The position numbers were made by a program, and so were the translations under genes. The notes under the pieces are model-generated. The model worked only from the letters and a program-made list of their open reading frames with translations, made no database searches and was not told where the DNA came from. This document shows, piece after piece, positions 38,770 to 48,109 of a stretch of DNA of 64,000 nt. Within the stretch, counting starts at the first letter, position 1, and each line of letters begins with the position of its first letter. Origin of the DNA: Sphingobacteriales bacterium (GTDB lineage: Bacteria > Bacteroidota > Bacteroidia > AKYH767-A > OLB10); contig JAJTFW010000007.1 in the NCBI GenBank assembly GCA_021299095.1, positions 5,295 to 69,294 of the forward strand. The letters run 5' to 3'.

Positions 38770-39792
38770 TTAAATCAATGATTCATATAATAGTCTTATC
38801 GAATCCTCCTTTTTAGCCCACGAAAACGAGATGCTTTTTATCGTATCCGGATTGCGGTCGGCACGAGAATGATCGTAGGTTTTATCATAGTACTGTAGCA
38901 TCAAATCGAGCCAGGAACTACGGTTATCTGAATCCAGAAAGTCGATGGCTTGCCGGGTGTTTTGTGGACCTAGCCGTTTTTGTACCCGTAGCGTATTTTC
39001 TTTCAGCAGATCCCCGGGGAATCCGCAATACTCACTGTACAGCCGCTCGATTCGCTCTGACCTTTCAACGTCGATCTCGATCACGTCCGCGCTTCGCATA
39101 GCTGTAAACAAGGGCTCTGGAATATATAAATGGCCGATCATCCGGCTTTCGTTTTCGACAAGAAGCGGCAGATGCGGATTCAAATCGTACAAGTGGAAAC
39201 CGATGAAGTTTTCAAACTGTTCTTGACTGGGCTGTGCTTTCATTCCCAAGTGCCCGAAAGCCGAACCCTTGTGTGATGCCAGTCCCTCCAAATCAAGGGC
39301 TTGAACACCCATCCTCATCAACGAGACCAGAACTTCTGTTTTACCACTACCAGTTTTACCTCCAAGAACAATCAGTTTTTTTGGGCGCTGAAATTGACTG
39401 GTCAGGAAATTTCTGAACTTCTTGTAGCCTCCTTGAAGTAGAAACACACGCATTCCCGCCAGGCTAAGCATCCAAGCCATGATATTACTACGCATTCCCC
39501 CTCTCCAGCAATACAGGTAAATCTCATCGGAGCCTGCAGCTTGTTGTACCTGGTGAATGAGTCGGTGAAACTCAGGACCTACACGTTCAAAACCGAGTAG
39601 TACTGCCGCATTACGACCTTCCTGCTTGTATTTGATTCCGATTTCGTGCCGATCCGTGTCGGAAAGCAACGGGATATTGATTGCACCCGGAATATGACCT
39701 TTTGCGAATTCTCGTTCGCTTCGAACGTCAATCAGCTTTGTGCCAATACGATTGCCAAGGTAGTCAGTGGCATCTACACATTTCCATTGCAT
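38770..39792 (-). CDS. selU: tRNA 2-selenouridine synthase
   Basis: Rhodanese domain with CWRGGMRS and a P-loop GKTGSGKT. It lies directly upstream of selD. Confidence 0.85.
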   Translation of the reverse strand: MQWKCVDATDYLGNRIGTKLIDVRSEREFAKGHIPGAINIPLLSDTDRHEIGIKYKQEGRNAAVLLGFERVGPEFHRLIHQVQQAAGSDEIYLYCWRGGMRSNIMAWMLSLAGMRVFLLQGGYKKFRNFLTSQFQRPKKLIVLGGKTGSGKTEVLVSLMRMGVQALDLEGLASHKGSAFGHLGMKAQPSQEQFENFIGFHLYDLNPHLPLLVENESRMIGHLYIPEPLFTAMRSADVIEIDVERSERIERLYSEYCGFPGDLLKENTLRVQKRLGPQNTRQAIDFLDSDNRSSWLDLMLQYYDKTYDHSRADRNPDTIKSISFSWAKKEDSIRLLYESLI

Positions 39793-39841
39793 GGAACAAA
39801 GCTAGCTGTTCACTAGGCATGTGCAGTTCGGCTGAAATAGG

Positions 39842-40414
39842 TCAGTTGAGGTTTGGATCCTCTGGGAAATTGGAGAGTATGGCGTACTCATTGCCCATAT
39901 TTCTGAGGACGTCTCTCCACAACAAACTTGGGTTTTCGGAAAAGGCAAATTCAGAGGATGATTCAAAAACCAACCAGGAACGTTCTTTCATTTCGCCGGT
40001 TAATTGATCGGGTTCCCAGCCGGAATAACCGGCATAAAACCGGATGTGTTCTCCTGTGATTTCACCAAGGTGAATGAGCTGCTTTAGCTCATCGTAATCT
40101 CCGCCCCACCAAAGACCTTCAGCAATTTTTTTCGATCCCGGAATCCGCTCTCCAAGTGTATGAACATAAAACAGCGTATCCGTTTCTACGGGTCCGCCGA
40201 AATAGAGCGGAACCCTGAACTCCGGAAAATCTTCAACAGCCTCGTTCAGGTGTACATCGGTAGGCTTATTCAAAATGAGCCCGACTGTTCCTTGTTCATC
40301 GTGTTCGGTCAGCAGAACAACCGAACGTTTGAAATACGTGTCGTTTAGAAATGGCTCCGAAATCAGCATACTTCCCTGCTCGGGTAGCGAAAGTTTTCTG
40401 GGCTTTTGTTTCAT
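39842..40414 (-). CDS. YqgE/AlgH family protein (UPF0301)
   Basis: FKRSVVLLTEHDEQGTVGLILNKP and GGPV motifs. Confidence 0.85.
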   Translation of the reverse strand: MKQKPRKLSLPEQGSMLISEPFLNDTYFKRSVVLLTEHDEQGTVGLILNKPTDVHLNEAVEDFPEFRVPLYFGGPVETDTLFYVHTLGERIPGSKKIAEGLWWGGDYDELKQLIHLGEITGEHIRFYAGYSGWEPDQLTGEMKERSWLVFESSSEFAFSENPSLLWRDVLRNMGNEYAILSNFPEDPNLN

Positions 40415-40557
40415 GTGTGCTTTCGATTGGCCGCAGCGAACTTAGTCAGGACGGGCGAACACCGCGGCAATAATTTGTACGTTACTTTTTACAGCAGGGT
40501 TCCGGAGTTTGGCGATTCTGGCATTCTCTTTCTCTACCTTTGAGCGGTAAATCCGCC

Positions 40558-41208
40558 ATGGAGTCCATCAATCGGTTTCTTCAGTTATCCCGCATCCAAT
40601 ACGACCAGGGAATTGTTTCTGAGAACCATTTAGTTTCTGACCCTCTCGATCAGTTTCTGGATTGGATGCAGGAAGCAATCCATTCCAATGTTGCTGAACC
40701 CAATGCGATGGACTTGTGTACGGTAGCAGAGGATGGTAGACCCTCCTCCCGTATCGTCCTTTTGAAGGGCATCGATCAAAGAGGATTTCTCTTTTACACC
40801 AATTACACGAGCAGGAAAGCGCAGGAAATCATGCATTATCCGTATGCCTGTCTAAATTTTTTTTGGCAAAGCCAAAGCCGACAGGTTCGTGTTGAAGGCA
40901 AACTACAGCCCGTTCCGGAGGAAGAGAGCGATGCGTATTTTGCTACTCGTCCACGGGAAAGTCAATTGGGAGCTTGGGCATCAAGGCAAAGCACTGTTAT
41001 TCAAACGCGACAGGAACTTGAGGACGAGTTGATGCGCCTAGAACAGCATTATAGCGGACTCAATGTGCCCAGACCTCCGCACTGGGGCGGCTACGTACTC
41101 GAACCCGACCGGGTGGAGTTTTGGCAAGGTCGTCCGAACCGGCTTCATGATCGCTTTCAGTATTTGAAAACCGAAAAGGGATGGCAAGTGTTTCGCTTAA
41201 GTCCGTAA
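40558..41208 (+). CDS. pdxH: pyridoxamine 5'-phosphate oxidase
   Basis: RIVLLKG, FYTNYTSRK, and a C-terminal EFWQGRPNRLHDR motif. Confidence 0.9.
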   Translation: MESINRFLQLSRIQYDQGIVSENHLVSDPLDQFLDWMQEAIHSNVAEPNAMDLCTVAEDGRPSSRIVLLKGIDQRGFLFYTNYTSRKAQEIMHYPYACLNFFWQSQSRQVRVEGKLQPVPEEESDAYFATRPRESQLGAWASRQSTVIQTRQELEDELMRLEQHYSGLNVPRPPHWGGYVLEPDRVEFWQGRPNRLHDRFQYLKTEKGWQVFRLSP

Positions 41209-41262
41209 TCCATTACACCTTGGATCATCAACCCCGGATGCCTGAATTTTTATTGCACTAAT

Positions 41263-42525
41263 ATGTTACTTCGGGTACTCTTCTCCTGTGTGCTGATCAT
41301 CCTGGTTGACCTGTATGTCTACCAGGCATTTCGGTTCGGCTTCAAGCCCTTTCCTGATTCCATACAGCGTTTTGTGAGCATTGCGTTTTGGTCATTGAGT
41401 ATCCTCTGCGTGGCCGTCCTATTGCTCAACGTATTTACTGATTACAGGGATTGGCCCAAGGCGCTGCGTGTGTACAGCACAGCCATGGTATTCGTTCTGC
41501 TTTTGTCGAAGTTGTTTGTGCTCATTTTCTTGTTGACCGATGATGTGTATCGGGGCGGGCGATGGCTTTTTTCCTGGATTCAGGGATTCTCAGCCGGTGG
41601 GCGTTCTGATTCGCTGCAAGTACGGGATTCGGTGATTACGCGATCGGATTTCTTGATTCGCACAGGACTTGTACTGGGATCCCTCCCATTCATGTCGCTG
41701 GTCTACGGTATGGTCAAAGGAGCCTATGACCTGCGCGTAAAAACCATCCGTCTACGGACACCCCGAATCCCTGCCGGATTCGATGGATTTAAAATGATAC
41801 AGATTTCGGACTTGCACGTTGGATCGTTTGTGGGCACGGATCCTGTACAACGTGCAGTTGATCGGATAAATGCGCTGAATCCTGACATTATTGTTTTTAC
41901 GGGTGACCTGGTCAACAATACGAGTGATGAACTAATACCCTTCCAGCACATTCTGAAGCAGCTAAAAGCGCGGCACGGTGTGTACTCGGCTCTCGGTAAT
42001 CATGATTATGGAGATTATGTGCGCTGGTCAGATGAAACTGAAAAATCAGCCAACTTGAACAGGCTTATCTCGATGCAGCGCGAGATGGGATGGGACCTAT
42101 TGCTTGATGAGCACCGGAGAATTGAGCAGAACGGAGAATTCATATCGCTGATTGGAGTTCAGAATTACAGCATGCATTTGCGCTTCCCGAAGTATGGAAG
42201 TCTGCGCAAAGCCACGGAGAATATCCGTTACGCCGATTTTAACGTATTGCTGAGTCACGATCCTTCACATTGGCGGGGCGAAGTACTCAAAGACTTCCCT
42301 CACATCCATCTTACGCTTTCCGGGCACACCCACGGCTTCCAATTTGGTGTTGAATTGCCCGGATTTAAGTGGAGCCCTGTCCAATATGTTTACCGCGAAT
42401 GGGCTGGACTTTACACAGCTGGACACCAGCATTTGTATGTGAATCGTGGACTTGGATTCCTAGGATACCCTGGAAGGGTGGGTATTTTACCGGAAATCAC
42501 ACTGTTTGAGCTGGAGCGGGTTTGA
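41263..42525 (+). CDS. membrane-anchored metallophosphoesterase
   Basis: N-terminal TM helices followed by calcineurin-like motifs (ISDLHVG, TGDLVNN, GNHD, GHTH). Confidence 0.8.
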   Translation: MLLRVLFSCVLIILVDLYVYQAFRFGFKPFPDSIQRFVSIAFWSLSILCVAVLLLNVFTDYRDWPKALRVYSTAMVFVLLLSKLFVLIFLLTDDVYRGGRWLFSWIQGFSAGGRSDSLQVRDSVITRSDFLIRTGLVLGSLPFMSLVYGMVKGAYDLRVKTIRLRTPRIPAGFDGFKMIQISDLHVGSFVGTDPVQRAVDRINALNPDIIVFTGDLVNNTSDELIPFQHILKQLKARHGVYSALGNHDYGDYVRWSDETEKSANLNRLISMQREMGWDLLLDEHRRIEQNGEFISLIGVQNYSMHLRFPKYGSLRKATENIRYADFNVLLSHDPSHWRGEVLKDFPHIHLTLSGHTHGFQFGVELPGFKWSPVQYVYREWAGLYTAGHQHLYVNRGLGFLGYPGRVGILPEITLFELERV

Positions 42526-42791
42526 TGCCTTGTTGGTTTTGAACGTAGGTCTTGCTGCCTTGGAAAAGAGAATACGATTTGAAAACCAAGGACGATGTGC
42601 TGAAAGTATAGGATGAAAAAGTTCTCGAACTGCCTGCTTTCTGAGGGGGCCACCGCACCGCCCTCCCCAAAGCAAAGTTCGTGGATTTGCAGAAAGTAGC
42701 TGCTGAAATAAATGTTTGTAATCGACTATCAACTCTATCTTGAACCAGGCATTACCTGCAGAATAATCTGACCAACTGTATTTTTGAACGC

Positions 42792-43496
42792 ATGACCGGA
42801 ACTTTATTGCTCATTCCATCAACCCTTGGCGGTACTTCGCCCCAAGATGTATTACCCATGAAAGTGCTGGAGCACATTCAATCTACCCGGTATTTCATCG
42901 TTGAGCAGTCGAAGGCTGCGAGGGCTTTTCTGAAGTCCTGTGAAATGCCTGTAGCGCAACAGGAGATTCATGTAGTCGAGTTGGATAAGCACGATGAAAA
43001 ACAGGATTTAGACGCATTACTCGCCCCCGCACTGTCCGGTCACAACATCGGATTGTTAAGTGATGCGGGTTGTCCGGGTGTGGCTGATCCTGGGGCGCAT
43101 GTGGTTGCAATTGCGCATCGAAAAGGTATTCCGGTTAAACCACTTATCGGTCCATCCTCGCTCCTACTCGCACTCATGGCCTCGGGACTTGAAGGTCAAC
43201 GCTTTTGTTTTAACGGATATATACCCATTGACCGGAACGAGCGAATGAAGAAATTGCAGCAGCTCGAGGATAGGGCATTGCGCTTCAATGAAACACAGTT
43301 GTTCATTGAAACACCCTACCGGAATAATGGCATGATTGAAGATGTATTGAAGACACTTGCTGGAACCACCCGTTTGTGTCTTGCCGCAGATCTAAGTACC
43401 CCTAATGAATGGGTTAGAACCTTATCGGTGCGTGATTGGAAATCGAATGTACCCAACCTCCATAAGCGTCCCACCGTTTTTCTAATCGGTGCTTAA
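42792..43496 (+). CDS. SAM-dependent methyltransferase of the tetrapyrrole-methylase (RsmI-like) superfamily
   Basis: SDAGCPGVADPG motif and a 234-aa length. Confidence 0.65.
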   Translation: MTGTLLLIPSTLGGTSPQDVLPMKVLEHIQSTRYFIVEQSKAARAFLKSCEMPVAQQEIHVVELDKHDEKQDLDALLAPALSGHNIGLLSDAGCPGVADPGAHVVAIAHRKGIPVKPLIGPSSLLLALMASGLEGQRFCFNGYIPIDRNERMKKLQQLEDRALRFNETQLFIETPYRNNGMIEDVLKTLAGTTRLCLAADLSTPNEWVRTLSVRDWKSNVPNLHKRPTVFLIGA

Positions 43497-43499
43497 CTG

Positions 43500-45179
43500 T
43501 TAACTCGCAGAAATTACCGCATTAACACGGCCAATCACTTCCGTTTCAATTTCAATGGCTTCCTGTTCTATTCGACTAGCCTCTGCTAGAACGTGATCAA
43601 GAAACTTCTTGTCAGCAAATCCGCTGGCATTGATCCGGACATTCATGTGTGCACCTAAAACAGCGGTACGAGCACACAATGCACCAACCCCTGCGTCTGA
43701 TACAGAGTTCGGATTCCCCTCCTTTGCCATCTCTGCAATCACATGCATGCATTCCAAGGAGGTTTTCATAACCTCTAGGGGGATTTCAATGGCATGTTTG
43801 GTAGCAAGTTGAACGGCTGCTTTTCGGATTTCCTTCTCGGTCTCTGACCCTTTGGGTAATTTAAATGCATCCATGATGGCATTGAAAGCTCTTGTGTCTT
43901 CATCGACCAAAAAAAGCAACCGTTTCCGCAGTTCTTGTCCCCGTTCAGCACTCTTGCTGAAGTATTCCCAGCGATGCTCCCAACCCTTCTTTCCCGCACT
44001 CAGGTTTGCAACCATGGTTGCGAGGGAAATTCCAAGCGCACCAACTGCTGCAGAAATGGATCCACCGCCTGGAGCAGGCGATTCACTGGCTGTCTCCTCG
44101 GTGAGCGCGGAGAAGTTCAAATCAACCAGCTTTTTGTGTTGGTCTTCGATGCAATATTCTATGATTCGTTCCTGCGGATTGAATGGAGCAAGTTCATCCA
44201 GTCCCATGGATTTCACGGCCATGTGAATAAGCTCTGCATCACTTACACCTGAACTTAGTCGTTGTTTGTTTAGAAAATAACGACCGGCCTCCAGCATGGC
44301 AGACAGAGGTACCAGTCCTACAAGTTCTGATCCGGTTACTCGCTGTCCGCGTTTGTACGCACTGTCGTTGCAAGCCTCAAAAACGACATGTAAAGGAGTT
44401 TCCCGGAAGCGTGTGATGTTTATCGAAACCTGGGCAATACCATATTCATCGATGTACCAACCTATGGCCTTGACTCCTTTCAGCAAGCCGGGTTCACGTA
44501 CTTCTTGCCCATCAGCATCAAGGATTTTCTTGCCGCTTTCATCGAGTTTTACACGTCCGGCTTCTCGAACATCAAAGGCGATAGAATTGGCCCGCTTAAC
44601 CGATTTGGTATTCAAGTTAACATTATAGGCAATTAAAAAGTCCCTCGCTCCGATAACTGTCGCCCCGCTCTGTTCGTGAAAGGTGCTTGGTCCGAAGTCA
44701 GGCTTCCATTCCGGTAGTGTAATCTTTTTGAAAAACCCCTCGTACTCCCCCGCTCGAATGATGGATAGATTACTCCGACGTTTGTCCTCTTGTGCGTCTT
44801 CATATAAGTACACCGGAATGTTCAATTCACTTCCAACCCGCTGTGCCAATTTTTTACTCCATTCAGCAGTTTCCTCCATGCTGATTCCTGACACCGGAAT
44901 GAGCGGGCATACATCCGTAGCTCCCATTCGGGGATGTTCACCTTGGTGCTTGCGCATGTCGATCAAGCGTGATGCCGTTGAAATGGCACGAAAGACCGCT
45001 TCACAGACTGACGCTGGTTCGCCAACGAGTGTCATAACGGTTCTGTTGGTGGCCTTTCCAGGATCTACATTGAGGAGGCTGACACCTTCTACCGAGCGAA
45101 TCGATTCAGCGATTTGATCAATGATGCGCAGGTCTCTTCCTTCGCTGAAATTCGGTACACATTCAATGAGTTTTTTCAT
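43500..45179 (-). CDS. ftcD: bifunctional glutamate formimidoyltransferase / formimidoyl-THF cyclodeaminase
   Basis: IECVPNFSEGRD N-terminus (formiminotransferase) plus a C-terminal cyclodeaminase-like helical domain. 559 aa. Confidence 0.85.
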   Translation of the reverse strand: MKKLIECVPNFSEGRDLRIIDQIAESIRSVEGVSLLNVDPGKATNRTVMTLVGEPASVCEAVFRAISTASRLIDMRKHQGEHPRMGATDVCPLIPVSGISMEETAEWSKKLAQRVGSELNIPVYLYEDAQEDKRRSNLSIIRAGEYEGFFKKITLPEWKPDFGPSTFHEQSGATVIGARDFLIAYNVNLNTKSVKRANSIAFDVREAGRVKLDESGKKILDADGQEVREPGLLKGVKAIGWYIDEYGIAQVSINITRFRETPLHVVFEACNDSAYKRGQRVTGSELVGLVPLSAMLEAGRYFLNKQRLSSGVSDAELIHMAVKSMGLDELAPFNPQERIIEYCIEDQHKKLVDLNFSALTEETASESPAPGGGSISAAVGALGISLATMVANLSAGKKGWEHRWEYFSKSAERGQELRKRLLFLVDEDTRAFNAIMDAFKLPKGSETEKEIRKAAVQLATKHAIEIPLEVMKTSLECMHVIAEMAKEGNPNSVSDAGVGALCARTAVLGAHMNVRINASGFADKKFLDHVLAEASRIEQEAIEIETEVIGRVNAVISAS

Positions 45180-45187
45180 ACGATAAA

Positions 45188-46420
45188 TCAGATGCGTTTT
45201 CCGTTCAGGATAACGGTTTCAATAAGATCGCTACCGAATGCGTAGGGCATATAGGCAAGCGATTGCATGGGTTTTGTGATGAATAGATTGGCGACTTTTC
45301 CGGTCTGAATACTTCCAGCCTCACCCAACACGCCCATGGCATAGGCACTGTTTAGGGTAGCAGCATTGATGGCCTCCTCCGGACTCATTCCCATATACAG
45401 GCAGGCAAGAGATAGCACAAAGGGCATTTTCCCCGAAGGACAAGAGCCTGGATTATAATCGGAAGCTAGTGCGACCGGCAATCCTGCGTCAATCATCTTT
45501 CGAGCAGGTGGGTAATGCAGTTTCAGGAAAAACGCCGTTCCCGGTAAAAGCGTTGGCATCGTTTCGCTTGATTGCAGACAGGCGATTTCTGCTTCGCCCG
45601 TGCATTCCAAGTGATCCACAGACAAGGCATTGTGTTTTACTCCAACCTGAATGCCACCGGAAAAATCAAGTTCGTTGGCGTGTATTTTTGGTCGTAAGCC
45701 GTAACGGTTTCCGACTTCCAGGATTCTGTCCGTTTCTTCCACAGTGAAAAAGCCGCGGTCGCAGAAGACATCGTTGAAATCGGCCAATCCTTGGTCTGCA
45801 ATCAATGGAATTAGATCGTTAACGAGCAGATCAACGTATGCACTTCGGTTTTCACGGTACGCTATGGGTAGGGCATGTGCTCCTAAAAAAGTTGCACGAA
45901 TGATGAGTTCAGATTGCTCTTTTAGCCTCCGGATCACGCGGAGCATTTTCAGTTCGGCATCAAAGCTCAAGCCATAACCGCTTTTGATTTCTATGGCACC
46001 CGTTCCACTGCGCTTCACTTCTTCAAGACGCTCCAAAGCGGCGTCGAAAAGTGCCGATTCATCGGTATCCTGTAGTCTCAATGCTGAATTCAGAATTCCC
46101 CCACCGCGTTTCGCAATCTCCTCGTATGTCAAGCCATGGATACGGTCAACGAATTCAGACTCGCGGCTTCCGGCGAACACAAGGTGCGTATGCGAGTCAC
46201 ACCAGGAGGGAAAAACATATTTGCCTTCTGCATCGATGACATCGGTTACCGGGTGGTGAAAAGGTTCATCCATGCTGCCGGTTTCAGCTATGCGGTCGCC
46301 CTCAATCAAGACCCAAGCATTCTCCAATACCGGGAGCTGTTTCATTTCGGAACCACGAACGATGTGGCTCCGTCCGTGTTGCACAATGCCTTTGGCGTGT
46401 TGAATCAGGATACGGTTCAT
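45188..46420 (-). CDS. hutI: imidazolonepropionase
   Basis: Amidohydrolase fold (DSHTHLVF, HANELD, DYNPGS). It lies 8 nt upstream of ftcD. Confidence 0.9.
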   Translation of the reverse strand: MNRILIQHAKGIVQHGRSHIVRGSEMKQLPVLENAWVLIEGDRIAETGSMDEPFHHPVTDVIDAEGKYVFPSWCDSHTHLVFAGSRESEFVDRIHGLTYEEIAKRGGGILNSALRLQDTDESALFDAALERLEEVKRSGTGAIEIKSGYGLSFDAELKMLRVIRRLKEQSELIIRATFLGAHALPIAYRENRSAYVDLLVNDLIPLIADQGLADFNDVFCDRGFFTVEETDRILEVGNRYGLRPKIHANELDFSGGIQVGVKHNALSVDHLECTGEAEIACLQSSETMPTLLPGTAFFLKLHYPPARKMIDAGLPVALASDYNPGSCPSGKMPFVLSLACLYMGMSPEEAINAATLNSAYAMGVLGEAGSIQTGKVANLFITKPMQSLAYMPYAFGSDLIETVILNGKRI

Positions 46421-46517
46421 AGTGTACAGGCTTATGCAAATTTCCCCAATCAGGCCAAGTGATGGTCTAAAGTTGAATTTTGTTTTTCAACAATCCGCCA
46501 TGGAAGCGACAGCTTTT

Positions 46518-47195
46518 TCATTGGCACAGGAGATCCAAATAGCGATCGATATAGGCGTTTTTTTGTTTTCGTTTGTATTGCATGACGAACCGTGGATGCG
46601 GTAATGCTTTTACTTCTTTGAACCATCCGTGTTGCTCGTTCAATTTCCTCAGTTGCTTGAAATTCTCCCCCTCGCCCAGGCTGATTACACAATCGATCCG
46701 CGCACCGGCAGTCATTTGGGTTTTGATGGATTCGATAATGAACGATTTTACCCGTTCCAGGAGGTCGTGCTGGTCGTAGTAATTGCAGTTTTTTTCATCC
46801 TTTGTGAATCCCAACGGACAAACTGATCCGAGATAAATCCGGTTGAAAAAGGCTGTGGGTCCACCCATGGCATTTATTACTTCATAAACAAACTTCGCAC
46901 TGCTTTCCGGCTTTAACGGAAGGTGATGATCGATTTTCAACTGTGTGGTTAAACAAACAGGGTCCGTGAAAGGTATGCCTGTGAGCCCTGCTCCCAATCG
47001 ACCCGGATTGATTCCGAGCAGGAATCGGCGCGGATGTCGATCATGGTAATAACGTTTATAGAATTCCGTTACCAATTTTCTGATTTCCTCGTGTTTGTAA
47101 GGATTGAGAAGCCGAATACCTGAGGGAAGCCTGAACTTGGGGTCGAGGCTGTTGATGAAGTTCAGGATTTGGGTATCGAAGTAAGGTGCCGGCAT
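46518..47195 (-). CDS. uracil-DNA glycosylase superfamily protein (SMUG-like)
   Basis: LLGINPGRLGAGLTGIPFTDP resembles UDG motif 1. ATG 47195 avoids overlap with prmA. Confidence 0.55.
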   Translation of the reverse strand: MPAPYFDTQILNFINSLDPKFRLPSGIRLLNPYKHEEIRKLVTEFYKRYYHDRHPRRFLLGINPGRLGAGLTGIPFTDPVCLTTQLKIDHHLPLKPESSAKFVYEVINAMGGPTAFFNRIYLGSVCPLGFTKDEKNCNYYDQHDLLERVKSFIIESIKTQMTAGARIDCVISLGEGENFKQLRKLNEQHGWFKEVKALPHPRFVMQYKRKQKNAYIDRYLDLLCQ

Positions 47196-47255
47196 GTGTA
47201 AAACTGGTTTACGGGATAGTTTTGAACCGAAGTACAAAAATCTACTTTTAAGGCG

Positions 47256-48095
47256 ATGGAATACACCCAGCTGGAGATAGAAGTTAGTCCGATTGATCCA
47301 TACCGCGATTGGCTTTGCTTTTCGCTCGCCGAGGCCGGTTTTGATATGTTTGAAGACACAGCTTCGGGTGTGAAAGCCTATATCCAAACCGAGCGAATGG
47401 ATGCAGATCGGGTTGGATTATTGATGGATGAATGCAGGAAGTTGGGTGCTAATTTGAAAGTTGTAGAAAGTCGCATTCCCTGGCAAAATTGGAATGCCGA
47501 CTGGGAAGCGAATTTTCAACCCGAGTGGATTGCCGGTAAGGTCCGAGTCAGGGCCGAATTTCATGAACCGGATCCGACGGCCGAAATGGAAATCATCATT
47601 CAACCTCGAATGGCTTTCGGTACCGGTCATCATCCTACAACATCATTGGTCATGGAGACACTACTGGGAGTCAATTTGAACGACCGCTCCGTGATTGATA
47701 TGGGGTGTGGTACGGCTATACTGGCTATCCAGGCTGCTAAAAGGGGGGCACAGGAAATTCTCGCGATTGACAACGATCCCAATTCCGTCGACAATTCGAT
47801 TGATAATGCGCAGCGCAATGCCTGTTCCGAATTGATTTCGGTTGTCCTCGGCGATGCCACCGCTTTACCTGGAAATACGTGTGATGTTTTTATTGCCAAT
47901 ATCAATCGAAACATCATTTTAACGGATATTGCTACCTATCGTGCATGCATCAACCCGGGTGGAATGCTGATTACCAGTGGATATTACGAGCAGGATTTGC
48001 CCATGATTAAGCAGGCCGCCAGCGCCTTGAATTTACACTACCGTTCTCACTTGACTCGAAACGATTGGTGCTGTGCCGTATTTCAATTAACCTGA
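47256..48095 (+). CDS. prmA: ribosomal protein L11 methyltransferase
   Basis: FGTGHHPTT and DMGCGTAILAI motifs. Confidence 0.85.
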   Translation: MEYTQLEIEVSPIDPYRDWLCFSLAEAGFDMFEDTASGVKAYIQTERMDADRVGLLMDECRKLGANLKVVESRIPWQNWNADWEANFQPEWIAGKVRVRAEFHEPDPTAEMEIIIQPRMAFGTGHHPTTSLVMETLLGVNLNDRSVIDMGCGTAILAIQAAKRGAQEILAIDNDPNSVDNSIDNAQRNACSELISVVLGDATALPGNTCDVFIANINRNIILTDIATYRACINPGGMLITSGYYEQDLPMIKQAASALNLHYRSHLTRNDWCCAVFQLT

Positions 48096-48109
48096 ATCTG
48101 ATCTATACA

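Noticed and set aside
42411-42732. Two 80-aa minus-strand ORFs and a GC-rich hairpin (gggggc...gccctc, about 42644-42664) in the 266-bp spacer between the metallophosphoesterase and methyltransferase genes.
   Set aside because: The ORFs overlap the end of the phosphoesterase gene and have odd composition. The hairpin has no U-tract on either strand. I found no match to any riboswitch or sRNA consensus I know, so the evidence is too weak to report.
43500-46420. hutI-ftcD without hutH or hutU, considered as an incomplete or unusual histidine-utilisation module.
   Set aside because: The formiminotransferase route is a known variant of the Hut pathway. The remaining hut genes may simply lie outside this window, so nothing anomalous is demonstrable here.
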